Positions 51,446-60,356 of a stretch of 64,000 nt of DNA are shown here, one piece after another. This DNA is from an uncultured Solirubrobacterales bacterium. GTDB lineage: Bacteria > Actinomycetota > Thermoleophilia > Solirubrobacterales > 70-9. Every line of letters starts with the position of its first letter. Within the stretch, counting starts at the first letter, position 1. The DNA lies in contig CAWAWH010000001.1 in NCBI GenBank assembly GCA_963785775.1, forward strand, positions 1,233 to 65,232. The letters run 5' to 3'. The translations under genes were made by a program, and so were the position numbers. Below the pieces are notes generated by a model. The model was not told the DNA's origin and ran no database searches. It saw only the letters and a program-made list of their open reading frames with translations.

Positions 51446-52725
51446 TGAGCCGCCGCTTGGGAGCCATCGCGGCGCTGCTCGGCGGCGGGCTCGCCCTGGC
51501 GCTCGCCCTCTACGTCTTCCTCTCCGACTTCCCCCGCGGCCTGGTCGTGCTCGCCTGCGTGCCGGCGGCGCTCGCGGCGGCCTGGTTCGGGCTGCTGCGG
51601 CGGGGCGCCCGGCGCTGGCTCTCCCTGGTCCTCGCGGTGCTGCTGGTGGGCCTGGCCGTCGCCGCCACCGCGAGCGGCGGCAACGCCTGGGCCCTGGCCC
51701 TGATCGCGATCGCCCTTCTCGCCGGGCTGGCCGGCGCGCGGGTCGCCTTTCGCCCTGATCGCGCGCTGCCGCGGGCTGAGCCGCCGCGGCGCCCGGTCCT
51801 CTTCGTCAACCCACGGTCCGGGGACGGGCGGGCGGCGCGGGTGGGCCTGGTCGAGGCGGCGAAGCGGCGCGAAATCGAGACGGTCGAGCTGGCGCCCGAA
51901 CAAGACCTGGCGACGCTGGTGCGGGCAGCGGTCGAGCGGGGCGCCGACGGGCTGGCGATGGCCGGGGGAGACGGCTCGCAGGCGCTGGTCGCGGCGATCG
52001 CCGCCGAGCACGACCTGCCCTACGCCTGCATCCCCTCCGGCACCCGCAACCACTTCGCGCTCGACCTCGGCATCGACCGCGAAGACGTCGTCGGCGCCCT
52101 CGACGCCTTCGTCGACGGGGGCGAGCGTTATGTAGACCTGGCCGAGGTCAACGGCAGGGTCTTCGTCAACAACGTCTCGCTCGGCGTCTACGCCCAGGCG
52201 GTCAGCCAGGAGCGCTACCGCGAGTCGAAGCTGAGGACCCTGCTGGACACCCTGACCGACACGTTGGGCCCGGACGCCGAGCCGACCGAGCTGCGCTGGC
52301 GCGACTCCGAAGGCGCCGAGCAGCGCAGCACGGCGCTGATCCTGGTCTCCAACAACCCGTACCTGCTCGGCCCGACGCTCGGATCGGGCACCAGGCCGCG
52401 CCTCGACCGGGGATTGCTCGGCATGGTCGACTTTCACCCACCAATAGGGGGTGAGAGCCCGGCCGCGGCGCGCTGGCGAGAGCTCAGCGCCGAGAGCCTC
52501 GAGATCGAGGCCGACGGACCGGTGCCGCTGGGAATCGACGGCGAGGCGGTCACGCTGGAGCCGCCGCTGCGCTTCCGGGTGCGGCCGAGGGCGCTGCGGG
52601 TGCGGATCGCGCCCAGCCATCCCGGCGCCTCACCCTCGGCGGACCTGCCCCGGGGTCCGATCAGTGCCCTGAAGAAGCTGGCGCGCCTAACGCACGATAA
52701 TGGTGGTTATGTCAACTCGAAGTAA
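51445..52725 (+). CDS. diacylglycerol-kinase-family lipid kinase with an N-terminal 3-4 TM extension
   Basis: About 110 aa of TM helices are followed by the DAGK catalytic domain (VLFVNPRSGDG, GGDGS, IPSGTRNHFA). The last approximately 12 codons are AT-richer, so the C-terminus is uncertain. Confidence 0.8.
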   Translation: MSRRLGAIAALLGGGLALALALYVFLSDFPRGLVVLACVPAALAAAWFGLLRRGARRWLSLVLAVLLVGLAVAATASGGNAWALALIAIALLAGLAGARVAFRPDRALPRAEPPRRPVLFVNPRSGDGRAARVGLVEAAKRREIETVELAPEQDLATLVRAAVERGADGLAMAGGDGSQALVAAIAAEHDLPYACIPSGTRNHFALDLGIDREDVVGALDAFVDGGERYVDLAEVNGRVFVNNVSLGVYAQAVSQERYRESKLRTLLDTLTDTLGPDAEPTELRWRDSEGAEQRSTALILVSNNPYLLGPTLGSGTRPRLDRGLLGMVDFHPPIGGESPAAARWRELSAESLEIEADGPVPLGIDGEAVTLEPPLRFRVRPRALRVRIAPSHPGASPSADLPRGPISALKKLARLTHDNGGYVNSK

Positions 52726-52738
52726 GCTGTGGGCAGTT

Positions 52739-52758
52739 GGGGGCAGCTGATCGCCCCC
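52739..52758. terminator. small GC hairpin between convergent genes
   Basis: gggggc-agctgatc-gccccc. Confidence 0.3.
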
Positions 52759-52777
52759 GCCTACCCGAGAATCGGCC

Positions 52778-53545
52778 TCAGCCGGCTTCTTCGATCGCTT
52801 CTTCGATTTCCCCGGAGGTGCTGGGCGTGCCGAGGAGTTCGGTGCCGTTGCTCTTCGGGCCCCTGATCGCGAACGACGGCGTGCCGGTGAAGCCGTACCT
52901 TTCGGCCTGCGCGGTCGTTTCTTCGACTTCCCCGGTGAACTTCGCGCCCTTGCGTTCTTCGTTCCACCTGGCGATGTCCTTGACGCCGGCCGCCTTGGCG
53001 ACGGCGGTGAGGAATTCGTCGGTCGCGTAGCCCGAGTTCTCCGCGCCCTGGTTGCGGTAGAAGAGCTCGACGTAGTTCCAGCCGCGGCCCTGCGCGCCCG
53101 CCGCCAGAGCGGCGGCGCCGGCCGGGGCCGACTGTTCGCCGATGATCGTGAAGTTGTTGAAGGAGATCTTCGCTTCGCCGCTGTCGACCTTGTTTTCGAT
53201 CACCTGCGGCAGGATTTCTTCCGAGAAGGCTTTGCAGACCGGGCACTGCAGGTCTCCGTACTCCAGCAGTTCGACCTTGGCCCCGGGCTTGCCCAGCACC
53301 ATGCCGTTCTGCGGCACGCCGCCGACCAGCGAATCGACCGCGCTGACTTCCTTCAGGTTGGTCGCATCGCCACCGCCGCTGCCGCCCGAGTTGGCGACGA
53401 TCAGCACGACCACGGCGACGATGACCAGGAAGGCCGCCCCGGCGCCGAACTGGAGCAGCCGTTTGCGGCGCTCGCCGGCGTCGACCTGGGTTTCCGCCTG
53501 GAGCCGCTCTTCGCGGCGCTTCTCCCGCTCCCTCTTGTTGCTCAT
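52778..53545 (-). CDS. DsbA-like thioredoxin-fold protein, membrane anchored
   Basis: SD ggagga. TM anchor, a CPVC active site (YGDLQCPVCKAF) and TGTPSF near the C-terminus. Confidence 0.88.
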   Translation of the reverse strand: MSNKREREKRREERLQAETQVDAGERRKRLLQFGAGAAFLVIVAVVVLIVANSGGSGGGDATNLKEVSAVDSLVGGVPQNGMVLGKPGAKVELLEYGDLQCPVCKAFSEEILPQVIENKVDSGEAKISFNNFTIIGEQSAPAGAAALAAGAQGRGWNYVELFYRNQGAENSGYATDEFLTAVAKAAGVKDIARWNEERKGAKFTGEVEETTAQAERYGFTGTPSFAIRGPKSNGTELLGTPSTSGEIEEAIEEAG

Positions 53546-54021
53546 CCGTCCTCCCTGGTCGCTGTCGCCGGCCCTATTCGGGGGACCGCGGTGGTCGAGG
53601 TTCCGGCGTAGCCAATCAGACGGGTCGCGTTGAGCAGGAAGAGGATCGTCATCAGCACGGCGCTGGCCACGCACCACTGGCAGATCGCTTCGATCTTGAA
53701 CAGCTCGAGGTAGGTGAGGTAGACGCTGAAGCCGAAGCCGCCGAGGGCGACCGCGAAGCCGCCGAAGCGGGCGGCGTCGTTGGCGAAGAGGGCGGAGACG
53801 AAGAGTGCGACGTAGCCGACGATGCCGAAGACGGCGACGTTGACTCCGGCGATGTGCGAGTAGGAGCTGCTGGCGACCGTCTCGCAGCCGCTGCCGCCGG
53901 CCAGGCAGGTCGGCGCGCCGCCGCCGGAGTCGGCGATCGTGATGTAGGTGGCGACGCCGATCCCCAGCGCCGCGACGAAGGCGATGGCGCGGCGCAGGGT
54001 CGCTTCGCTCGGGAACTTCAT
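53542..54021 (-). CDS. vitamin K epoxide reductase (VKOR) family protein
   Basis: ATGA overlap with the dsbA-like gene. Loop cysteines C..GGSGC, active site CQWC and four TM helices. Confidence 0.85.
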   Translation of the reverse strand: MKFPSEATLRRAIAFVAALGIGVATYITIADSGGGAPTCLAGGSGCETVASSSYSHIAGVNVAVFGIVGYVALFVSALFANDAARFGGFAVALGGFGFSVYLTYLELFKIEAICQWCVASAVLMTILFLLNATRLIGYAGTSTTAVPRIGPATATREDG

Positions 54022-54863
54022 GGCGATGAAGATAGTGCCTCGGCGTAAAACCCGGCTAACTCTCGCGAGAGCCTGCCGCCCTGCCAGGCGAGGGGCGACT
54101 CCCCCTCCCGCTCGCTGATCAGCGTCGCCAGCGGCAACCGTTCGGCGTAGGCCGCCGCGGCGGCGTAGGGATGGCCGGGGTCGGCCTCGTCGTGGCTGGC
54201 GACGACCAGGGCCGGGACCTCCAGGCCCTCGAGCTCGGCCATCGACCCGAAGGGCCGCGAGCGCGGCACCTCGCGCAGCGCCTCGACCAGCGCCTCGGGA
54301 TGGCGATGCAGCAGCATGCGGGCGCGGGTGAAGCCGAGGACCGAGTCGCGCCAGGCCGGGTCGATGCCCTGGTTGCGGTCGACGTAGTCGACGAAGCCGT
54401 CCACCCCTCCCCCCGCCAGCGCCGCCGCCAGGCCGTCCCAGTAGGCCAGCGAGGCGGGGTCGATCTCCCCCACGTAGACCGGGCCGATCACGGCCAGGCC
54501 GGCAACCCGGTCGGGGTGCTTCAGGGCGTAGGCGACCGCGGTGTGGGCGCCCATCGAGTGGCCGGCCAGCAGCAGGCGGCCCTCCCCCACCTCGGCGGCG
54601 ATCACCAGCTCGAGGTCGCCGACCAGCCACGGGTATCCATAACCCTGCAGCGGCGGGGCGGGGTCGGACTCGCCGTGGCCGCGGGCGTCGTAGCTGACGA
54701 CCCGGTGCCCGGCCCGCTCCAGCGCCCGCGAGCCGTGGTGGACGTAGCGCCGCGTCGCCGTGATCCCGTGGCAGAGGACGATCGGCGGCCCCTCGCCCGC
54801 GACTTCGCCGCGGATCGCCGGCGCCGTGCCGGCGACGAACTGCCCGGCCGCGGCCGGCGGCAT
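54018..54863 (-). CDS. alpha/beta hydrolase
   Basis: ATGA overlap with the VKOR gene. Motifs: VLCHGI, GHSMGA, and Asp/His near the C-terminus. Confidence 0.85.
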   Translation of the reverse strand: MPPAAAGQFVAGTAPAIRGEVAGEGPPIVLCHGITATRRYVHHGSRALERAGHRVVSYDARGHGESDPAPPLQGYGYPWLVGDLELVIAAEVGEGRLLLAGHSMGAHTAVAYALKHPDRVAGLAVIGPVYVGEIDPASLAYWDGLAAALAGGGVDGFVDYVDRNQGIDPAWRDSVLGFTRARMLLHRHPEALVEALREVPRSRPFGSMAELEGLEVPALVVASHDEADPGHPYAAAAAYAERLPLATLISEREGESPLAWQGGRLSRELAGFYAEALSSSP

Positions 54864-55315
54864 CAGCCGACGGCGGCGACGGCGCGCTGGAGATCGTCGA
54901 CCGACTCGTAGCTGAGCCCGGCCAGGGTCACCTTGCGGTGGCGGACGACGCCCTCCTCGTCGACAACGAAGATCGCTCGCCGCACCATCGGCCCGGCGAG
55001 CACGCCGTAGGCCCTGGCGACGCTCTTGTCCTCGTCGGCGAGCAGCGGCACGTTCAGCCGCTTCTCCTCGGTGAAGCGCTCGTGCGACTCGACCGACTGC
55101 GGCGAGATGCCGAGCACGTCGGCGCCGAGGCCGTCGAGCTTCTCGCTCTGGTCGCGGTAGGAGCAGAACTGCTTGGTGCAGACGGCGGTGAAGTCGCCCG
55201 GGTAGAAGGCGAGCACGACCTTGCGCCCGCGGTAGTCGGCGAGCCGGTAGGTCCGCTCGCCGGTGCCGGGCAGCTCGAAGTCGGGAGCGGGGTCGCCTAC
55301 GTTGAGCCTGGCCAC
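54863..55315 (-). CDS. bcp: peroxiredoxin (Bcp / AhpC-TSA family)
   Basis: Motifs: [12 protein letters not shown] and [23 protein letters not shown] overlap with the hydrolase gene. Confidence 0.9.
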   Translation of the reverse strand: MARLNVGDPAPDFELPGTGERTYRLADYRGRKVVLAFYPGDFTAVCTKQFCSYRDQSEKLDGLGADVLGISPQSVESHERFTEEKRLNVPLLADEDKSVARAYGVLAGPMVRRAIFVVDEEGVVRHRKVTLAGLSYESVDDLQRAVAAVG

Positions 55316-55321
55316 CGAGCC

Positions 55322-55327
55322 AGCTTA
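55322..55327 (-). promoter_or_regulatory. -10 box TAAGCT, 6 nt upstream of the bcp GTG (leaderless)
   Basis: The plus-strand sequence is agctta. Confidence 0.4.
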
Positions 55328-55337
55328 GCCGCTCGGG

Positions 55338-56021
55338 CTAGCCCTTTTCGATCGCGATCTTTTCGATCAGGACCGTCTGCTTCGGTTTTTCGGAGGGGGT
55401 GCCCAGCTTGCCGATGCGCTCGACGACGCCCATCCCCTCGCTGACCTTGCCGACCAGCGCGTATTCGGGCGGCAGGCCGGCGTCGGCGCCGGTGACGACG
55501 TAGAACTGGCTGCCGGAGCTGCCGGGGGGCTCGGCCGAGCTCTTGGCCATCGCCACCGTGCCCTTGGTATAGGCGAGGTTGGCGGGCGGCTTCTCGACCA
55601 CCGTGTAGCCCGGCCCGCCGGTGCCGGTGCCGAGCGGATCGCCGCCCTGGATCACGAATTCGGGAACGATCCGGTGGAAGGTGAGGTCGTCGTAGAAGCC
55701 TTCTTCGGCCAGGTAGGCGAAGGAGTTGGTCGTCTTCGGGGCGCGCTTGGTGTCGAGCGCGATCTTGAAGCTGCCGCAGCTGGTCCGCACGACCGCCGTC
55801 AGTTCTTCGCCCGGCTTCACCGTCTGCTTCGGCGCCTTCAGCTTGACGTGCTTGGCCGGCGGCGCTTCGACCTGCTTGCAGCCGGGGGCGCTCGCCGCGG
55901 TGGTGGTCGAGTCGCCGCTGCCGCCGCCGCGCGAGATCAGCACCGCGGCGACGATGCCGATCGCGACCACCGCGAAGACGGCGAGGACGATCCAGCGTCG
56001 GTCTGGCTGCTGCTCCCCCAT
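55338..56021 (-). CDS. membrane-anchored cyclophilin-type peptidyl-prolyl isomerase
   Basis: TM anchor. Motifs: FHRIVPEFVIQGGDP, GTVAMAKS, SQFYVV. Confidence 0.9.
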   Translation of the reverse strand: MGEQQPDRRWIVLAVFAVVAIGIVAAVLISRGGGSGDSTTTAASAPGCKQVEAPPAKHVKLKAPKQTVKPGEELTAVVRTSCGSFKIALDTKRAPKTTNSFAYLAEEGFYDDLTFHRIVPEFVIQGGDPLGTGTGGPGYTVVEKPPANLAYTKGTVAMAKSSAEPPGSSGSQFYVVTGADAGLPPEYALVGKVSEGMGVVERIGKLGTPSEKPKQTVLIEKIAIEKG

Positions 56022-56030
56022 CGGCGCGGA

Positions 56031-56036
56031 AGCCTA
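56031..56036 (-). promoter_or_regulatory. -10 box TAGGCT, 9 nt upstream of the cyclophilin ATG (leaderless)
   Basis: The plus-strand sequence agccta gives CTCTAGGCT on the minus strand. Confidence 0.45.
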
Positions 56037-56100
56037 GAGCAAGCGCGGGCGGCCCGGCTTCGATGCCGGCACGTGGGCTGGGCATACGATCGCCCTGCCG

Positions 56101-56598
56101 ATGCCGACCCCTCCGCTGACCCCGCTGGCGGCCGCCGCCCTGCGCATCGCTCCCGCCCCGGAGCGGATCCTGGAGATCGAGTGCGGCGACGGCGACGGCG
56201 CCCTCTTCCTCGCCCGCGAGTTCCCGGCCGCGCGGGTGCGCGGGGTCGACCGCTCCGAGCAGAACGTCCGCGCCGCCACCGCCCGCGTCGGCCTCGACCC
56301 CGAGGGCCGGGTCGCCTTCAAGCGGGGACGCTCGCGGAGGCTCCCCTACCCCGACGACTTCTTCGACCTCGTCGCCCAGCTCGACGGGCGCCCGCTCGCG
56401 GCTGAGATCGCCCGCGTGCTGCGGCCCGGCGGCCACCTGATCCTCGTCCGCTCCGAAGCCGGTCCGGCCGGGGACCGCTTCCAGCGCTGGCGCCTGCGGC
56501 GTCGCGGGATCGAGCCGGTCGAGAGCGCTGCGGCGGGCGACGGCAGCTTCTCTGTCGGCCGCCTGCGCGGCGGCGATCCGGCCAGCCGCGGCGAATAG
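56101..56598 (+). CDS. small class I SAM-dependent methyltransferase
   Basis: ILEIECGDGDGALFLAREFP (degenerate motif I) and LRPGGHLILV. A TACGAT box lies 10 nt upstream. Confidence 0.7.
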   Translation: MPTPPLTPLAAAALRIAPAPERILEIECGDGDGALFLAREFPAARVRGVDRSEQNVRAATARVGLDPEGRVAFKRGRSRRLPYPDDFFDLVAQLDGRPLAAEIARVLRPGGHLILVRSEAGPAGDRFQRWRLRRRGIEPVESAAAGDGSFSVGRLRGGDPASRGE

Positions 56599-56601
56599 GC
56601 T
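56596..56601 (+). promoter_or_regulatory. -10 box TAGGCT, 8 nt upstream of ATG 56610 (leaderless)
   Basis: In GAATAGGCT the TAG is the stop codon of the preceding methyltransferase gene. Confidence 0.45.
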
Positions 56602-56609
56602 GCGGCGCG

Positions 56610-57506
56610 ATGGACATCGAGGGAATGCCGCTGGCCCTGCTCGTCAACCCGGCCTCGGCCGGCGGCAGGACGCTGAAGCTGCTGCCGGCGGTCGAGCAGG
56701 CGCTCGACGCCCGCCGCGCGATCTTCCGCGTCCAGCGCACCAGGGGCCTGGAGCACGGCGCCGAGCAGGCGCTGCTGGCGATCGAAGCGGGCGAGCTGCC
56801 GGTGGTGATGAGCGGCGACGGGCTGGTCGGGGCCGTGGGCGGCGCGATGGCCGGCTCCGACACGCCGCTCGGCATCCTCCCCGGCGGCCGCGGCAACGAT
56901 CTCGCCCGCGTGCTCGGCATCCCCAGCGAGCCCGAGGGGGCGGTGGCGACGCTCTTCTCCGGCCACAGCCGCCGGATCGACGTCGGCGAGGCCAACGGCA
57001 AGCGATTCCTCGGCATCGTCAGCGTCGGCTTCGACTCCGAAGCCAACCGCCGCGCCAACGAAACCCACTTCCTGCGCGGCAACCTCGTCTACGCCTACGC
57101 GGCGCTGCGCACCCTGGTGGGCTGGAAGCCGGCCCGGTTCACGCTCCGCGTCGACGAGGAGCGGATCCGGCTGACCGGCTACTCGGTCTCGGTCGCCAAC
57201 AGCAGGGCTTTCGGCGGCGGCATGTTCATCGCCCCCGACGCCGAGCTCGACGACGGCGAGTTCGACATCGTCGCGGTCGGCGAGGTCGGCAAGCTGCGCT
57301 TCGTGGGTAACCTGCCGAAGGTGTTCAAGGGCACCCACGTGAAGGAGAAAGAGGTGCGCGTGTTCCGCGCTTCCCACCTCGAGCTGAGTGCCAGCAAGCC
57401 GTTCCCGGTCTACGCGGACGGCGAGCACCTGACCGACCTCCCGGCCTCGTTGCGGATCCTGCCGCGCGCGCTCAGCGTGCTGGTCCCGGCGCCGGCCGGC
57501 AGCTGA
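56610..57506 (+). CDS. YegS/DAGK-family lipid kinase
   Basis: Motifs: LLVNPASAGG, SGDGLVGAV (GDG loop), LPGGRGNDLAR. Confidence 0.85.
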   Translation: MDIEGMPLALLVNPASAGGRTLKLLPAVEQALDARRAIFRVQRTRGLEHGAEQALLAIEAGELPVVMSGDGLVGAVGGAMAGSDTPLGILPGGRGNDLARVLGIPSEPEGAVATLFSGHSRRIDVGEANGKRFLGIVSVGFDSEANRRANETHFLRGNLVYAYAALRTLVGWKPARFTLRVDEERIRLTGYSVSVANSRAFGGGMFIAPDAELDDGEFDIVAVGEVGKLRFVGNLPKVFKGTHVKEKEVRVFRASHLELSASKPFPVYADGEHLTDLPASLRILPRALSVLVPAPAGS

Positions 57507-57513
57507 GCCGTCC

Positions 57514-58908
57514 GTGGCCGCGGCGAGCAAGCGGGGAGCGCTCTTCGGGGCCAAGCTCGCGGCCGCGCGGGCGATCGGAGCGGCCAGCCGCGCCAGCGGG
57601 CGCGGCGGCGGCACGACGCTGCCGGGGCGGGCCTTGCTGCGGCTCGAGCCCGAGGCGATCGCCCGCCTCGGCGCCCGCCTCGACGGCGGCGTCACCGTGG
57701 TCAGCGCCACCAACGGCAAGACCACCACCGCCGGGATGATCGCCGCCCTGCTGGCCGCCGACGGCCGCGACCCGGTCCACAACCGGGCCGGCTCCAACAT
57801 GACCTGGGGAGTCGCCACGGCGCTGCTCGAGCAGCACGGCCGCGAGGGGCTGTTCGAGGTCGACGAGGCCTGGCTGCCGCGGGTCAGCGAGCAGCTCGAC
57901 CCGACCCTGGTCGTGCTCGGCAACCTCTTCCGCGACCAGCTCGACCGCTACGGCGAGATGGAGGCCCTGGCCGACGAGTGGGCGGGGACGATCGCCGCCC
58001 GCGAGGGGCGCAGCGCCTTCGTCCTCAACGCCGACGACCCACTGATCGCCGATCTCGGCCGCGACAGCGAGGAGCGGCCGCGCCAGGGCGTCGTCTACTT
58101 CGGGATCGAGGACGCCTCGCAGGCCCTGCCGGAGCTGCAGCACGCCTTCGACGCCAAGCACTGCCGCCGCTGCGGCCGTCCCTACGCCTACGAGCGCGCC
58201 TTCGTCGGCCACCTCGGCCACTACTCCTGCCCCAACTGCGGGGCCAAGCGACCGCGGCCGGAGGTGGCGGCGACGCGGATCGAGCTGCGCGGGATGGAGG
58301 GCTCGCGGGTCACGGTCCGCACCCCCGCCGGCGAGGTCGAGCTGGAGCTGCCCCTCCCCGGCCTTTACAACGTCTACAACGCCCTCGCCGCCGTGGCGGC
58401 GGGCCTGCGGCTGGGTGTGGCGCCGGAGCGGATCGCCGCCGCCCTGGGAGAGATGCGGGCGGCCTTCGGCCGGGTCGAGACGATCGCGGTCGCCGGCAAG
58501 CCGGTCTCGATCCTGCTGATCAAGAACCCGGCGGGCGCCAACGAGGTGCTGCGCACGCTGCGGCTGGAGGCCGGCGAGGAGCCAGTCGACCTCTGGATCG
58601 CCCTCAACGACCGCATCGCCGACGGCCGCGACGTCTCCTGGGTCTGGGACGCCGACTTCGAGCTGCTGGCGGGCCGGGTGCGGCGGGTCGTCTGCGCCGG
58701 CACGCGGGCGGCGGAGATGGCGCTGCGGCTGAAATACGCGGGCTGGCCGACCGCGGCGATCGAGGTCGTGCCGGCGATCGAGGGCTCGCTCGACGACGCC
58801 GTCGCCGCCGCGCCCGGCCGCCTCTTCGCCCTGCCCACCTACACCGCCCTGCTGGAGCTGCGCAAGCTGCTCGCCGACCGTGGCCTGGCGAAGGAGTTCT
58901 GGCGATGA
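57514..58908 (+). CDS. murT: lipid II isoglutaminyl synthase, Mur-ligase subunit MurT
   Basis: Motifs: SATNGKTTT, FRDQLDRYGE, the Cys4 ribbon CRRCG...CPNCG, and a DUF1727-type C-terminus (DGRDVSWVWDADFE). Confidence 0.9.
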   Translation: MAAASKRGALFGAKLAAARAIGAASRASGRGGGTTLPGRALLRLEPEAIARLGARLDGGVTVVSATNGKTTTAGMIAALLAADGRDPVHNRAGSNMTWGVATALLEQHGREGLFEVDEAWLPRVSEQLDPTLVVLGNLFRDQLDRYGEMEALADEWAGTIAAREGRSAFVLNADDPLIADLGRDSEERPRQGVVYFGIEDASQALPELQHAFDAKHCRRCGRPYAYERAFVGHLGHYSCPNCGAKRPRPEVAATRIELRGMEGSRVTVRTPAGEVELELPLPGLYNVYNALAAVAAGLRLGVAPERIAAALGEMRAAFGRVETIAVAGKPVSILLIKNPAGANEVLRTLRLEAGEEPVDLWIALNDRIADGRDVSWVWDADFELLAGRVRRVVCAGTRAAEMALRLKYAGWPTAAIEVVPAIEGSLDDAVAAAPGRLFALPTYTALLELRKLLADRGLAKEFWR

Positions 58909-59618
58909 GCGAGGTGATCTGGCACGACGTCGAGTGCGGGGCCTACGACGCCGACCTGAAGCTGTGGGAGGCGTTGGCGGAGCAGGCCGGCGGACCGGTT
59001 CTCGACCTTGGCTGCGGCACCGGGCGCGTTGCGCTGCACCTGGCCCGGCGAGGGCACTCGGTGGTCGGCTTGGACGTCGACCCCGAGCTGATCGACTCGC
59101 TCGGCGCGCGCGCCGATGGCCTGCCGGTCGAGACCGTGGTCGCCGACGCGCGCGATTTCGAGCTCGGGCGGGAGGTGGCGCTGGCGCTGGCGCCGATGCA
59201 GACGCTGCAGCTGCTGCCCGGCGCCGCCGGCCGCGAAGCTTGCCTGCGCCGCGTCTCCTCCCATCTGCGCCCGGGAGGGCGGTTCGCGGCGGCGATCCTC
59301 GAGCGGATGCCCGAGCCCGACGGCTCGCCGCCGCCGCTGCCCGACGTCCGCGAGGTCGACGGCTGGGTCTACTCCAGCCTTGCCGTCGAGGCGTCGGTGG
59401 GACCGGAGGAGATCTTCGTCCGCCGCCTGCGGCAGATCGTCTCGCCGGCGGGCGAGCTGAGCGAGGAGGGAAACGAGGTCCGGATCGCGACATTCCCCGC
59501 TGCGCGCCTGGAGGCGGAGGCGGCCGGCGCCGGCCTGGTCCCGGCCACCCGTCACGAGATCCCCCCCACCGAGATCCACGTCGGCTCCACGGTCGTCGTG
59601 CTGGAGAAGGAGGGCTGA
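58905..59618 (+). CDS. class I SAM-dependent methyltransferase embedded between murT and gatD
   Basis: ATGA overlap with murT and TGATG overlap with gatD. Motif I VLDLGCGTGRVALHLARRGHSVVGLD plus LRPGGRF. Confidence 0.85.
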   Translation: MSEVIWHDVECGAYDADLKLWEALAEQAGGPVLDLGCGTGRVALHLARRGHSVVGLDVDPELIDSLGARADGLPVETVVADARDFELGREVALALAPMQTLQLLPGAAGREACLRRVSSHLRPGGRFAAAILERMPEPDGSPPPLPDVREVDGWVYSSLAVEASVGPEEIFVRRLRQIVSPAGELSEEGNEVRIATFPAARLEAEAAGAGLVPATRHEIPPTEIHVGSTVVVLEKEG

Positions 59619-60352
59619 TGGAGCTGCGCGTGCTCAGCCTCTACCCGGAGCAGATGAACATCTACGCCGACCGCGGCAACATCGTCTTCCTGCAACGGCG
59701 CTGCGAGTGGCGCGGGATCGGCTTCGCCCACGCGGGGGCCGGCCCGGGCGAGCCGGTCGACCCCGCCGCCCACGACCTCTTCTACATCGGCGGCGGGCAG
59801 GATCGCGACCAGCGCATGGTCGCCGCCGACATGGTCGCCAGCAAGCGCGCCGACCTCGCCGCCGCGGTCGAGAGCGGTGCCACCCTGCTCGCCGTCTGCG
59901 GCGGCTACCAGCTGCTCGGCAACAGCTACCAGCTGGACGACGAGACTCTGCCCGGCCTCGGCCTCGCCGACCTCGAGACCGTGCGCGAGCCCGGTCCCCG
60001 CCTGATCGGCAACGTCGCGATCGAGGTCGACCTCGGCCCCGGGCCGCGGCTGCTGGCCGGCTTCGAGAACCACGGCGGCCGCACCTACCTCGGCCCCGGC
60101 GTGCAGCCGTTCGGCCGCGTCGTCAAGGGGCATGGCAACAACGCCAAGGACGGCCTCGAGGGGGTGCGGCGCCACAACATGTTCGGGACCTACCTGCACG
60201 GCCCGCTGCTGCCGAAGAACGCCTGGCTCGCCGACCACCTGATCGCGCTGGCGCTGGAGCGCCGCTACGGGACCCGGCTCGAGCTGGAGCCGCTCGACGA
60301 CGCATTCGAGGCCGCCGCCCACGCCAGCGCCCGTGCCGCCGCCGGCGTCTAG
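59618..60352 (+). CDS. gatD: lipid II isoglutaminyl synthase, glutaminase subunit GatD (CobQ-type GATase)
   Basis: Motifs: LYPEQMNIYADRGN, AVCGGYQLLG (catalytic Cys), GFENHGGRT, YLHGPLLPKN. Confidence 0.9.
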   Translation: MELRVLSLYPEQMNIYADRGNIVFLQRRCEWRGIGFAHAGAGPGEPVDPAAHDLFYIGGGQDRDQRMVAADMVASKRADLAAAVESGATLLAVCGGYQLLGNSYQLDDETLPGLGLADLETVREPGPRLIGNVAIEVDLGPGPRLLAGFENHGGRTYLGPGVQPFGRVVKGHGNNAKDGLEGVRRHNMFGTYLHGPLLPKNAWLADHLIALALERRYGTRLELEPLDDAFEAAAHASARAAAGV

Positions 60353-60356
60353 ATGA

